DNA from: Hypanus sabinus
Lineage: Eukaryota
Direction: 5' to 3'
NCBI RefSeq assembly: GCF_030144855.1
Contig: NC_082731.1
Location: 29,946,001-30,010,000 of the forward strand
Length of the DNA stretch: 64,000 bases
Under the pieces are notes generated by a model. It did not search any database, had not been told where the DNA came from, and saw only the letters and a list, made by a program, of their open reading frames with translations. Of this stretch, positions 12,347 to 25,915 are shown one piece after another. How positions within the stretch are numbered: position 1 is the first letter of the stretch; each line of letters begins with the position of its first letter. Both the position numbers and the translations under genes were made by a program.

Positions 12347-12849
12347 CCAACAGATACACACCCCACATTCAGACAAGAGATCCCCGTGTGGCTGCGATGT
12401 TTAGAAATGGAGTCTCCATCTCACTCACTCGGCAATCCGAGGCTACTGCACTGCAACTGCTCATTTCAGAAAATAAACCTCTAAATGCACCGGGGATGCC
12501 AGATGGGAAATGGGGGCACAGAGCCGGTTAGGTGGGCGGAGGGACAGCAGTGGATGATACATTGGAAAAATGGCAGGATATGTGACACTGGAGGGGGTAT
12601 ACAGGAGGGGAGAGGAAGCTAATGTTAAGGCTTGGGAATGGGGAGCAGGGGATGAGGGTGTAGTTTGTGATGGAGAGGAGGGAGGTGAGGAAGAAGGTAA
12701 AATGAGAGGGGGAGTGTGGTGGAGAGTGGGTTTGAGATCTTGCTCTGTCAAATTTTGTAAATCAGATGTTGTGGAAACCATTGCCTGTAGCTTTTCCTTC
12801 AGTTTTCTGCTGGAGTTTATGTCATGATTTGAAATTGTATTAATTAAAA

Positions 12850-14100
12850 TATCAAAAAGGAGACAATGAAGTGACTGGAGTTGATAAAATTGAGGAAAGC
12901 CATTCATCCCATCTTAGATCCGTCATCACTGCAGTGACTTCACCTGCCTCCAAGTACGTGGGTAATGCATCCCGAGACAAGTATCGGAGAGATTTCCAGC
13001 CTGTAATATATGAATGTAGCACTACACATACTACTCCCATTTATGAGGGATTTCTCACAGTGGGAATACTGGGGTGCTGCACCCAAAAAAGATATTCAGG
13101 ACAACAGAGGCTCATTTGGAAGAGTTTCTCAGAACCCTGTTACACATCCCAGAGCCAGATATTGATGGAATGTTTCATAACAAGTGTCTCAATCCAATAT
13201 TTCAACACATTATCCTAAATCTCCATACTCCACGTCCCATAAAACTGTGGGTACAGGAGCTTCTCCATTGCATACACAATCTCCCTTCAATGTCTCAGCT
13301 GAAAGGCAGCAGCTCTGTCCCTCTGTACCACGGTGAACAGCCAAGTCAGCCTGAATTTCCGTTCTCACATCACTGAAAATCGACTGAACATCATCAGTGC
13401 CCTGGAACAGAACTCACTGCAGGGACCAAAGCTTTTGGTCTTCCCAGTGTTTAGCTGAAGGAAACTTTGTGCATCCTGCAGCATCCCCCATCAGAGAGTG
13501 TGGAGGTGTTGGTACAAGTACAGGTGACACAGAACTGGATATCGACCATGTACATGTTTTAATGTGATGTTGGCAAGAGAGAGTATTTGAAAAAATACGC
13601 CAATGCAGGAAAATACACCAGATACTGGGGTAAGCACATTAAGAGTAGAAAACAGAACCAATTACTAATTAATGCAAACCAAGAATAGAACAGAATACAA
13701 CAACTATTTGGGTAATGGACACCAGCACCTGATTTGAGCAGAGTAACTCCAAGGAACAGACATTGGAGGAAGGCAAACAGGACCAGATATTGAAGGAATA
13801 TACCCTAGGAATAGACATTGGGGAAAACTATGAAAGATCAGACAACCGGAAAAATACCCCTCCACAGGACCAAAAATTGTAGTTAATTCTCAACTTTGTT
13901 CCTGAGAGAATACGACAGAGCTTGGGAATGCACGACTGATCTTCGGGAAGGTTGGGATTCCTGTGTATGAGAAACAATTTATTCAAGAAACTCTTATTTG
14001 TAAGAATTTGAAGATCAGATTCCCAACCCCATATGCTCCACCTTCAGTCAATTTGGAAAATATATATGGAACTGTGTTTAGAGACTGGAACCAAAATCAG
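12850..14100. repeat. Unclassified low-copy interspersed sequence (homologous to 21810-22335)
   Basis: 13390-13945 aligns by eye with 21810-22335 (shared CATCAGTGCCCTGGAACAGAACTCACTGCAGGGACCAAAGCTTTTGGTCTTCCCAG etc.); no transposon motif recognised. Confidence 0.6.
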
Positions 14101-15432
14101 GTACTGGAAGAGACTCCTGCACCCAGAATGTAGAGCACATTGTGAGGGGTCTGGTACTGAGTCAGGTACTGGAGGATGTAATTGCAGGATCTAGTGATAA
14201 CTGCGACCAGGTTCTGTGGAGATTACCTGTCACATGTAATAGCAAGTCTGACCAACAGAATTTTGGCAGAGTCATTCCCAGTGCCGTCTCTGAGGGAATT
14301 CTATCACACACAGTTTTATAAAAAGAAACTTATCCATGGAATTTCCATGGAAACAATTCACTACATTATCATGATGTAACAATCCAAAATAATAAAAAGT
14401 AATCAGTCATGAAATATTATTAATAATGAATTAATTACATTGCAAAGTAATTAAAAATCAATCCTAATCCTGTAGATAAATATAAAAACAATACAATGAT
14501 GGATGCATCGTGATACAACATATATACGGATGACTTTCTGTTATTCATTCATGGGATGTGAGTAGAACAACATTTCTTTCCCATCCCAACTGCTCTCGAA
14601 CCGGGCGGATTACTGAGCCATTTCACAGTGCGGTTACAGGTCAGTTACATTACTGTGGGCCTGGAGACATATACAGGCCAGACCAGGTAGTCAGCAGATT
14701 CCCGTCCCTGAAACACCTCAGTCATGCATTTAAACACCAATCTATTCCTCTAAGTCACGGTCACTGGTCACTGACACAGAAGTTTCATTACACATCCCAG
14801 CTGCCGTGATGTGATCTGAACTCACGTAATCTAGCTTCTCAATTAAATTCTCAGTAATATGAACTGCGTCTGTGTGTGCCCATACTGATTCATATTAGAG
14901 AGATCAACAACTAGTCCAGTGTTTATTTCCAGCCATAATACCCATCTCACGCACACTCTGCTATTCTCGAACACATTCATCCAATCTACTTCATTGTGAA
15001 ACCCCTTTCCCCAGCTTGTACACACAACTTCCATCTGATTCCTCTGCCCTTGACATTTTAACACCATTCCTCCTTCAGTAGCTTTATTCCTTCTTTCCAG
15101 TTCGTCAATCCAGCTTCCCTCCCTCTCCTCTCTGCCCCCCACCCCACTCCCCCTCCCTCCACCCCACCATGGCAACTTCCTTTGTGCCAACAAACAATAT
15201 CTGTTGCTCAGCAACTAGACTAACTCTCACTCTTGCATTTCAGCCAACTAGAAATCCAGGATTTGTAACAACCTTACCTTGCCACTGGCCTCTGCTCCCC
15301 TCCATAAACGTCGGCTCTCGACACTGGCCTGCTCCCTCCTTCTTTCCCTCCATGAGTACATGCTGCCAGTCCTCGAGTATATTTTACACTCTTCACTGCT
15401 CACAGGAACAGCTTTGCCTTCTGCTTCCTGTT

Positions 15433-15468
<36 letters not shown>

Positions 15469-15625
15469 GCTCCCTCCGTCCCTCCCTCTCCTGATGGCTC
15501 CAACAGTCTGTTTGTACAAAGGCAGCTTGTCAGAGCCAGCTTCTGACCCCGTGCTCTGAGAAAGAATTAAGGCAGCAAATTGGAGATTTGAAGAAGTCTG
15601 AAATGAGCTTAGAGAAGGTGGAAGA

Positions 15626-15661
<36 letters not shown>

Positions 15662-15704
15662 GACAGATTGAGAGAAAGAGAGAAGCAAAGAAGGGCAAGG
15701 AAGA

Positions 15705-16985
15705 AGAGATAAGAACACAAGAAATAGGAGCAGGAGTGGGCCATCTGGCCCATTGAGCCTGCTCCACCATTCAATAAGATGATGGCTGATCTGGCCATGG
15801 ACTCATCTCCACCTTACCTGCCTTTTCCCCATAACCCTTAATTACCCTACTATGCAAAAATCTATCCAACCTTGGCTTAAATATACTTACTGAGGTAGCC
15901 TCCACTGCTTCATTGGGCAGAGAATTCGACAGATTCACCACTCTCTTGCAAAAGCAGTTCCTCCTCATCTCCATTGTCAATCTACTCCCTCGAATCTTGA
16001 GGCTATGTCCCCTAGTTCTAGTCCTACCTACCAGTGGAAACAACTTTCCTGCCTCTATCTATCCCTTTCATAATTTTAAATGTTTCTATAACATCTCCTC
16101 TCATTCTTATCAATTCCAGTGAGTATGGTCCCAGGCGATTCAATCTCTCTTCATTTCTGGAATTAACCTGGTGAACCTCCTCTGCACCAAAGCCAGTACA
16201 TCCCTCCTCAAGTAAAGAGACTAGAACTGCACGCAGTGCAGGTGTTCCCGCTTTATAAATGTTCGCTTTACGTCATTTCGCTTTTACGAAAGACCTACAT
16301 TAGTACCCTGTTTTCGCATTACAAAGAGGAGTTTTGCCTTTACAAAAATTTTTCCCATATAAATTAATGGTTCTTCGCTTGACATCATTTCAGCTTAAGA
16401 AAAGTTTCATAGGAACACTCTACCTTTGTAAAGGGGGGTGGGAACACCTGTACTCCAGGTGTGGCCTCACCAGTACCCCGTAGAGTTGCAGCATAACCAC
16501 CCTGTTCTTAAATTCAATCCCTCTAGCAATGAAGGCCAACATTCCATTTGCCTTCTTGATAGCCTGCTGCACCTGCAAACCAATCTTTTGTGATGCACAC
16601 ACAAGCACTCCCAAGTCCCTCTGCACTTTTTACCACTTTAGTAATAATCTGCTTTCATTTTTCCTTCCAAAGTGGATGACCTCGCATTTACCAACATTGT
16701 ACTCCAGCCAGACTCTTGCCCACTCCCTTAACCTACCTATATCTCTCTGCAGACTCTCTGTATCTTCAACACAATTTGCTTCTACACTCAATTTAGTGTC
16801 ATCAGCAAACTTAGATCCACTACACTCAGTCCCTTCTTCCAGATCATAATGTATATCGTGAACAGTTGTCGGCCGAGCACCGACCCATATGGCACTCCGC
16901 TCACCACTGATTGCCAACCAGAGTAACACCCATGTATCCCAACTCTCTGCTTTCTGTTGGGTAACCAATTCTCTATCCATGCAAG
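15705..16985 (-). mobile_element. CR1-type LINE 3' portion, interrupted by a MITE
   Basis: Minus strand KFADDTKL, QAIKKANGMLAFIARG and RTRGHSLKIRG motifs. Confidence 0.85.
16239..16450. mobile_element. 212-bp Tc1/mariner (Tigger/pogo-like) MITE
   Basis: Terminal inverted repeats CAGGTGTTCCC...GGGAACACCTG; flanked by TG (likely decayed TA) and TA; the host CR1 sequence rejoins when it is removed. Confidence 0.75.
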
Positions 16986-18449
16986 TACATCACATGGAGT
17001 AAGAGGGAGAGAAGGAGAAAGGAAGGAGTCTCTGTCACCTCTAAGGCCAGGTTACTGGACTAATATCCAAATCCGGGCCATGCTCCTCACTTCCTGCTCT
17101 GCACCTGTGTTATCTCCCCCACTATGAGTCTCCAAAACCTGTTCCAAGTATATTGTCACACAACACTGAATTAGGGAGCATTCCCCTGGAGACAGACTGA
17201 GAATTCTTCCTTTGAATCTTATCCTGGTCCAAATGATTGCTGATACCTGGATGATGGATTCCTCTCATTGATGGGAATCGATCCCATATTCCCAAGTATT
17301 AGATGACAGGTGACACTAAAATAGATGGTATTGTAGGTGTGTACAGTGGGATCTTGATCAGCTGGGTAGGTGGGCTGAGGAATTACAAGGAGAGTATAAT
17401 TCAAATGAGGATGTCTCTGAGCGAATGCAGAACATTCTCAGTGGGGAGGGTGAGCAGACAGAAGTGGTTGCACACATCGGCTCAAATGACAATAGGCAGA
17501 AAAATGGATGTGCTGCTGTGGAGTGAATAAAGGGAGTTAGAAACGAGTTAAAATGTAAGACCCCAACTGTGGTGATCTCTGGTTTATTCCCAATGCCATG
17601 TCCTGGTGAGGTTAAAAATTGGAGGATGTTGTAGATTAATGCATTGCTGAAACCTTGGCACCAGGAACAGGAATTCAGTTCTGTGGACATTTCAGATATG
17701 TTCTGGGAGATTTGTGATCTGTACGGCTAATGTTGTGCCTTTATTTGTGCAGGGCTACAAATAAAATGCTGGGAAATATGGACATAGTAAACCCAATATC
17801 TATGGAAGGAAGTTAACAGAGGAGTTACGAGGGTTAAGAACTTTGTGTGCCCAGACAGATGACTGCACCCAGTGCGGAGAACTGACTGAATCCCATGCAA
17901 AGACAGAAATAAGAGTTTAGTCCCAGGAATTCCAACAGAACATCAGTGGTTTGACCAAGTGACACCGTGAGATGAATCAATCTTGAAACACAAGGACCCC
18001 GTGATAACCAGCAATCGTTAAATAATTACAGTATGAGGAGAACTAGTGCCAGTCAAAGTACACTTGACAAGATTAAACAGAATGCACAATCCCTTTACAA
18101 TTAATACGTTACACAGGCCCAAGGGGACAAGACAGTATATCCATCCCGAAGGCTGCGGGGAACCCGAGACAGGGCTGGTAAACTCAGGAACATAGAATCA
18201 AACTCAGAAACCTGGAGGGCCATGGGACACCTTAAACATAGACCAGAGAAGCTCAGAACGTACACTAGAGAAACTCAATATTGCAGTGAGAAACTTGGAA
18301 TGTATCCTCTGGACAACCAATGAGAATAGCCGGCACCCTTGCCTCTGACCGATCAATGTCCAAGCTGCTGCTGAACCTCTGCCGGGTCCGTTTATGTTTG
18401 TGTCCTACTATCACAGTGTGCACCGACAGACGACTGAACCAGGAGCAGA

Positions 18450-21400
18450 AGAACCATATAACAATTACAGCACAGAAACAGGCCATCTCGGCCCTTCTAG
18501 TCTGTGCCGAACGCTTACTCTCCCCTAGTCCTACCGACCTGCACTCAGCCCATAATCCTCCATTCCTTTCCTGTCCATGTATCTATCCAATTTTTTATAA
18601 ATGATAATATCGAACCTGCCTCTACCACTTTTACTGGAAGCTCGTTCCACACAGCTACCACTCTCTGAGTAAAGAAGTTCCACCTCGTGTTACCCCTAAA
18701 CTGTTGCCCCTTAACTCTCAACTCATGTCCTCTTGTTTGAATCTCCCCTACTCTCAATGGAAAAAGCCTATCCATGTCAACTCTGTCTATCCCTCTCATA
18801 ATTTTTAATACCTCTATCAAGTCCCCCCTCAACCTTCTACGCTCCAAAGAATAAAGACCTAACTTGTTCAACCTTTCTCTGTAACTTAGGTGCTGAAACC
18901 CAGGTGACTCTAGTAAATCTCCTCTGTACTTTTTTTTTTGTTGACATCTTTCCTATAATTTTGTGACCAGAACTGTACACAATACTCCAAATTTGGCCTC
19001 ACCAATGCCTTAGACAATTTTAACATTACATCCCAACTCCTATACTCAATGCTCTGATTTATAAAGGCCAGCATACCAAAAGCTTTCTTCACCACCCTAT
19101 CCACATGAGATTCCACCTTCAGGGAACTATGTACCATTATTCCTAGATCACTCTATTCTACTGCATTCCTCAATGCCCTACCATTTACCATGTATGTCCT
19201 ATTTTAATTAGTCCTACCAAAATGTAGCATTTTGCTATTAATATGACTGTAGAAACCCTTTGCTATTAACATGACTGTAGAAACCCTTTGAATTTATTTT
19301 CACCCTACTTGCCAAAGCAAACTCATATCTTCTTTTAGCTTTTCTAATTTCTTTCTTAAGATTCTTTTTACATTCTTTATATTCCTCGAGCACCTCATTT
19401 ACTCCATGCTGCCTATATTTATTGTAGATCTCTCTCTTTTTCCGAACCAAGTTTCCAATATACCTTGAAAACCATGGCTCTCACAAACTTTTAACCATTC
19501 CTTTCAACCTAACAGGAACATAAAGATTCTGTAGCCTCAAAATTTCACCTTTAAATAACCTCCATTTCTCCATTACATCCTTCCCATAAAATAAATTGTC
19601 CCAATCCACTCCTTCTAATTCCTTATGCATCTCCTCAAAGTTAGCCTTCCTCCAATCAAAAATCTCAACCCTGGGTCCAGTCATAATTAGTTTGAAACAA
19701 ATGACATTGTGGTCACTGGACCTGAAGTGCTCCCCAACACATACCTCTGTCACCTGACCTATCTCATTCCCTAACAGGAGCTCCAAATCTGCCCCTTCTC
19801 TAGTTGGTACCTCTATGTATTGCTGCAAAAAAACTATCCTGCACACATTTTACAAACTCCAAACCATCCAGTCCTTTTACAGAATGGGCTTCCCAGTCTA
19901 TGTGTGGAAAATTAAAATCTCCCACAATCACAACCTTGTGCTTACTACAAATATCTGCTATCTCCTTACAAATTTGCTCCTCCAATTCTCACTCCCCATT
20001 AGGTGGTCTATAATACACCCCTATAAGTGTTACTACACTTTTCCCATACCTCAATTCCACCCAAATAGTCTCCCTAGACAAGCCCTCTAATCTATCCTGC
20101 CAGAGCACCACTGTAATATTTTCTCTGTCAAACAATGTAACACCCCCCCCTTCTTGCCCCTCTGATTCTATCACACCTGAAGCAACGAAATCCAGGAATA
20201 ACTAGTTGCCAATCACACCCCCCTGCAACCATGTTTCACTAATAGCTACAACAGCACATTTCCAGATATCAATCCATGCTCTAAGCTCATCCACCTTTCT
20301 TACAATGTTCCTAGCATTAAAATAAATGCATTTAAGAAATTCTCCACCTCTTACTCTGTTTATCCCTAACGATGCAAACAACTTTACTATCTTCTTTTTC
20401 TTCCTTCTCCCCTACATCTTCGGTCTGAGCGCTCCCCTTCTCTATCACCTGCCTATCCTCCCTCACACACTGTCTACAAGCTTTCTCTATTAGTGAAATA
20501 ACCTCCTCTCTCCTAGACTCTTCAATTTGATTCCCACCCCTCAACTATTCTAGTTTAAATATTCCCCAGTAGCCTTAGCAAATCTCCCCGCCAGGATATT
20601 GGTCCCCCTAGGATTCAAGTGCAACCCATCCTTTTTGTACAGGTCACACCTACCCCAAAAGAGGTCCCAATGATCCAGAAAATTGAAACCCTGCCCCTTG
20701 CTCCAATCCCTCAGCCACACATTTATCTTCCACCTCATTCCATTCTTACTCTCACTGTCGCGTAGCACAGGCAGTAATCCCAAGATTACTACCTTTGCGG
20801 TCCTTCTTCCCAACTCCCTTTCTAACTCCCTATATTCTCCTTTCAGGACCTCTTTCCTTTTCCTACCTATGTCATTGGTACCTACATGTACCACGACCTC
20901 TGGCTCCTCACCCTCCCACTTCAGGATATCTTGGACACGATCAGAAACATCCTGGACCCTGGCACCAGGGAGGCAAACTACCATCCGGGTCTCCTGACTG
21001 TGTCCACAGAAATGCCTGTCTGACCCCCTAACTATCAAGTCCCCTATTACTACTGCCTTCCTCTTCCTTTCCCTACCCTTCTGAGCTACAGGACTGGACT
21101 CTGTGCCAGAGGCACGGCCACTCTTGCTTCCCGCAGGTAGGCTACCCGCCCCCCCCCCCCCCCCGCCACCAACAGGACTCAAACAGGAATACTGACGAGG
21201 GGTACAGCCACTGGGATACTCTCTAGTACCTGACTCTTCCCCTTCCCTCTCTTAACCATAACTCACTTGTCTGCCTCCCGTGGCCCTGGTGTGGCCACCT
21301 GCCTGTATCTCCCCTCTATCAACTCCTCACTCTCCCTGATCAGACGAAAGACATCGAGCTGCAGCTCCAGTTCCCTAACATGGTCCCTCAGGAGCTGCAG

Positions 21401-21600
21401 ATCAGCGCATCTGGCACAGACATGGACGTCCGGGAGGCTAGGAGACTCCAGGACCTCCCACACCTGACACCGAGAACAACAAGCTGCCCTCACACTCATA
21501 ATTCCCCCTTTCCTCAAATAACAGGAAAAATTGAAAACTAAACCTACCTTGCCTCGCCTGTTTCTGCCTCAGCCCGTTGAGCCAGAGCCCTTAAGCCTTC
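18450..21600 (-). mobile_element. Internally deleted CR1 LINE retaining 5' end, ORF1 (zinc finger plus SGNH esterase), endonuclease and 3' end
   Basis: ORFs 21263-21517 (CCSRC..CARC), 20550-21182 (VVIGDLIVRG, VVVHVGTNDI, DGLHLNPRG), endonuclease VIVGDFNFP, and 3' RT tail; the central RT core is missing near 19215. Confidence 0.9.
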
Positions 21601-21624
21601 ACTCTGCTTCGAGTGAACCTCATG

Positions 21625-22335
21625 AGGAGACAGAAACAAGAGTTTATTCATAGGAATTCTAACAGTACATCAGTGTCTTGGCTGAGTGACACCACAAGAC
21701 GAATCATTATCGAAACACAAGGACCCCACAATAAGTGCTAATTAGGAGTCTGCTACTGTGAACAGCAACACCAGCCAGAATTTTTGTTCTCAAATCAGTG
21801 AAAAGGGTCAACAGCATCAGTGCCCTGGAACAGAACTCACTGCAGGGACCAAAGCTTTTGGTCTTCCCAGCGTTCAGCTGAAGGAAACTTTCTGCATCCT
21901 GCAGCATCCCCTATCAGAGTGTGGAGGCGTCGGTACAAGTACAGGTGACTCAGAATTGGATATCGACCGTTACAGTTTTAATGCGAACATTTTGAGAAAA
22001 TATGCCAGTGCAGGAAAATATAACAGATACTGAGGTAAAACACACCAGGAGTAGAAAAAATAAGCAGGTACTAGATTAATGCAAACCAAGAAGAGAAAAG
22101 AATACAACAGCCAGCACCTAATTTGAGCAGAGTAAGTCCAAGGAGCAGAGATTGGAGGTTGGGACAGGACAGGACAGGTATATTGAAGGAATATACCCTA
22201 GGAACAGACATTGGGGAACACGATGGAAGCCCAGACAATGGAAAAAATTCCACTCCACGGGGCCAGAAATTGCAGTTAATTCTCAACATCATTCATGAGG
22301 GACTTCGACAGAGCTTGGGAATGCACGATTGATCT
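21625..22335. repeat. Second copy of the unclassified low-copy sequence; 5' part also matches 17910-18005
   Basis: AGACAGAAA.AAGAGTTTA...AAACACAAGGACCCC is shared with 17910-18005; the remainder is shared with 13390-13945. Confidence 0.6.
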
Positions 22336-22354
22336 TAGGGAAACAATTTAAAAC

Positions 22355-24300
22355 AATTCACCCCGTCCGCCCACCACCGCACTCGGGATAGGGTTCCCCT
22401 TCTCCTCACTTACCACCCCACCAGCCTCCAGGTCCAACGTATAATTCTCCGTAACTTCCGCCACCTCCAACGGGATCCCACTACCAAGCACATCTTTCCC
22501 TCCCCCTCACTTTCTGCTTTCCGCAGGGATCGCTCCCTACGTGACTCCCTTGTCCACTCACCCCCCCATCCCTTCCCACCGATCTCCCTCCTGGCACTTA
22601 TCCTTGTAAGCGGAACAAGTGCAACACCTGCCCTTACACTTCCTCCCTCACCACCATTCAGGGCCGCAGACAGTCCTTGAGGACTTAGCCAAGACTTGAG
22701 GACATGAGTTATAGGGAAAGGTTGCACTGGGTAGGATATTATCCCTTGGCACAGGAGATGTATGAGGGGTATAGAAAGGGTAAATACAAGTGTTACTCCC
22801 TGGGTCGCCTCAGGCTTGCTCAGCTCGTTCTTGTCTTAGGGGAGCAGACTTCGGCCCCGCCCAACTGGGTAATCAGCTGGTGTGGATGCTGTGTGATGTC
22901 TCCGCCTCGCCCAAAACCAGACAGTACACCATATGCGATTAAATGAGTACAATTTATAAAGGTTACTATAACTAAGTGATTAATAACGATACAGTATATA
23001 TGAAGAGAAAATTAAAGAAAAGGCGCCAAACTTATCAAAGTCCAAACCACTTCGTGCACAACCGTTGGAGCTCAATTACTGAAGTCTTCTGGCCACCATT
23101 CGATCCCCTCCGAACTCCTCGACTCGCAGCTCAGGACCCTCCGAACTCCTCGACTCTCCAAACAGCTCAGGATCCTCCGAGTGGTCAACCAAGCACATCT
23201 AGCTTCATCCCCCCTCCCTCGGAGAATCTCCCGGCCTCGGACCCCCCTTTGGGGTCCGATCCTCGCCCAGCTTAGAGCATTGCGTCCTCTCTCTCGACCC
23301 CCTCGCGCCGATCTGCCCAAAAGCCCGTCAACAAAAGCTTACAGACTCAGAAGAAAGAACATTAATCCCCATTTGGTTTACAAAGGAATACCATTCTCGT
23401 TATCAGTAAATTAGCATTCCTGCTAGTTAACAAAAGGAAACCCTTTCCCAACAGTAACAAAGAAAAAAAAAGAAACCCCCTTTACACAAGCATGCATTTC
23501 TCTCCCTCCCCCTCCCAGTTTGGATGAGACTAGAACTAGAGGGCCTAGGTTCCAGATTCCTCCCTTCCTCCCTCACCACCATTCAGGGCCCCAGGCAGTC
23601 CTTCCAGGTGAGGCGACACTTCACCTGTGAGTCGGCTAGTGTGGTATACTGTGTCCGGTGATCCCGGTGTGGCCTTTTATATATTGGTGAGACCCGACGC
23701 AGACTGGGAGACCGTTTCGCTGAACACTTACGCTCAGTCCGCCAGAAAAAGCAGGATCTCCCAGTGACCACACATTTTTATTCCACATCCCATTCCCATT
23801 CTGATATGTCTATCCATGGCCTCCTCTACTGTCAAAATGAATCCAAACTCAGGTTGGAGGAACAACACCTTATATACCGGCTGGGTAGCCTCCCACCTGA
23901 TGGCATGAACATTGACTTCTCTAACTCCTGTTAATGCCCCTCCTCCCCTTCTTACCCCATCCCTGACATATTTAGTTGTTTGCCTGTTCTCCATCTCCCT
24001 CTGGTGCTTCCCACCCCCCCTTTCTTTCTCCTGAGGCCTCCTGTCCCACGATCCTTTCCCTTCTCCTGCTCGGTATCACTTTCCCCAATCACCTTTCCAG
24101 CTCTTAGCTTCATCCCACCCCCTCCAGTCTTCTCTTATCAGTTCGCATTTCTCCCTCCCCCCACTACTTTCAAATCTCTTACTATTTTTCCTTTCAGTTA
24201 GTCCTGACGAAGGGTCTCGGCCCAAAATATCAACTGTGCTTCTCCTTATAGATGCTGCCTGGCCTACTGTGTTCCACCAGCATTTTGTGTGTGTTGTTGT
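22355..24300 (+). mobile_element. Penelope-like element (GIY-YIG endonuclease), split by a nested insertion at 22680-23560
   Basis: PGTYPCKRNKCNTCPYTSSLTTIQG continues after the insert as RQSFQVRRHFTCES..VYC..CGLLYIGETRRRLGDRFAEHLRSV. Confidence 0.85.
22791..23486. mobile_element. Solo LTR (696 bp) with 4-bp target-site duplication
   Basis: TGTTA...TTACA termini; CAAG duplicated at 22787-22790 and 23487-23490; the uninterrupted target sequence is present at ~30300-30330. Confidence 0.85.
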
Positions 24301-25049
24301 TTCAATTTAAAATTAGTTATTTGGAAGAATCAGTGAATCAGATTCCCAACCCCACATCTCAGAAATGCACCATAGAGAGATAGATTCTTGATTCATTAGG
24401 GCATGAAGGGATATGGGGAGAAGGCAGGAGATTGGGGTTGAGATGGAAAATAAATCAGCCATGAAGAAATGGCGGAGCAGACTCAATGGGCTAAATAGCC
24501 TAAATATGCTCCTGTGTATTATGGTCTTATCTTCCAATCCTACATGACCTCTTTCTATGGATCTGATCTCATTTTTTACCAACAGAGCCACTCCAACCCT
24601 CTGCCTACATGCCTGTCCTTTCAATACCATTGTCTATCCTTGGATGCTAAGCTAAGCTTGGATGCTATAGTCCTCTTCTAGCCATGACTCAGCAAAGCCC
24701 ACATCACATCCGCCAATCTCTAACTGTTCCTCAAGATCATCAGCCTTATTCTGTAAACTGTGTGCATTCAAATATAACACCTTCACTCCTGTATTCATCA
24801 CCCTTTTCCATTTTGCCCCATTTCACTTTAGCTCATCCCACTTCTCATTGTTGCCGTTGGGAAGGAGGTACAGAAGTCTGAAGGCACACATTCAGTGATT
24901 CAGGATCAGCTTCTTCTCCTCTAACATGCGATTCTTAAACTGATACTGAACCCATGAACAATACATCACTTTTTTAATATCACTTTTGTTTTGTACTTTT
25001 ATATATATATATATATATATAATTTTTTTTTTTACTTTCATTGACCTGC

Positions 25050-25915
25050 TTAAAACATAGAAAAATATAGAAAACCTACAGCACAATACAGGCCCTTCGG
25101 CCCACAAATCTGTGCCGAATATGTTCCTACTCTAGAAATTACTAGGCTTTCCTATAGCCCTCTATTTTTCGAAGCTCCATGTACCTATCTAAAAGTCTCT
25201 TAAAAGACCCTATTGTATCCACCTCCACCACCTTTGCCGGCAGCCCATTTCACACACTCACCACTCTATGAGTAAAAAACTTACCCCTGACATCTCCCTG
25301 TACCTACTCTCCAGCACCTTAAACCTGTGTCCTCTTGTGGCAACCATTTCAGCCCAGGGAAAAAGCCTCTGACTATCCACACAATCAACACCTCTCAACA
25401 TCTTATACACATCTATCAGGTCACCTCTCATCCTCCGTCACTCCGAGGAGAAAAGGCCGAGTTCACTCAATCTATCCTCATAAGACATGCTCCCCAATCC
25501 AGGCAAGATCCTTGTAAATCTCCTCTGCACTCTTTCTATGGCTTCCACATCCTTCCTGCAGTGAGGCGAACAAAACTGAGCACAGTACTCCAAGTGGGGT
25601 CTGACCAGGGTCCAATACAGCTGCAACATCACCTCTTGGCTCCTAAAGTCAATTCCACGATTGATGGAGGCCAATACACCATACACTTTCTTAACCACTG
25701 AGTCAACCTGTGCAGCTGCTTTGAGCGTCCTATGGACTCAGATCCCAAGATTCCTCTGATCCTCCACACTGCCAAGAGTCTTACCATTAATACTATATTC
25801 TGCTATCATATTTGACCTACCAAAATGAACCACTTCACACTTATCTGGGTTGATCTCCATCTGCCACTTCTCAGCCCATTTTTGCATCCTAACAATGTCC
25901 CGCTGTAACCTCTGC
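25050..25915 (-). mobile_element. CR1 LINE 3' fragment
   Basis: LVRPHLEYCAQFCSPH..DVEAIERVQRRFTR on the minus strand. Confidence 0.85.

Noticed and set aside
13860-14100. Faint resemblance of one frame (ENTTELGNARL..KNLKIRFP) to hepadnavirus polymerase
   Set aside because: Only a few scattered identities; the diagnostic VDFSQFS and YMDD motifs are absent.
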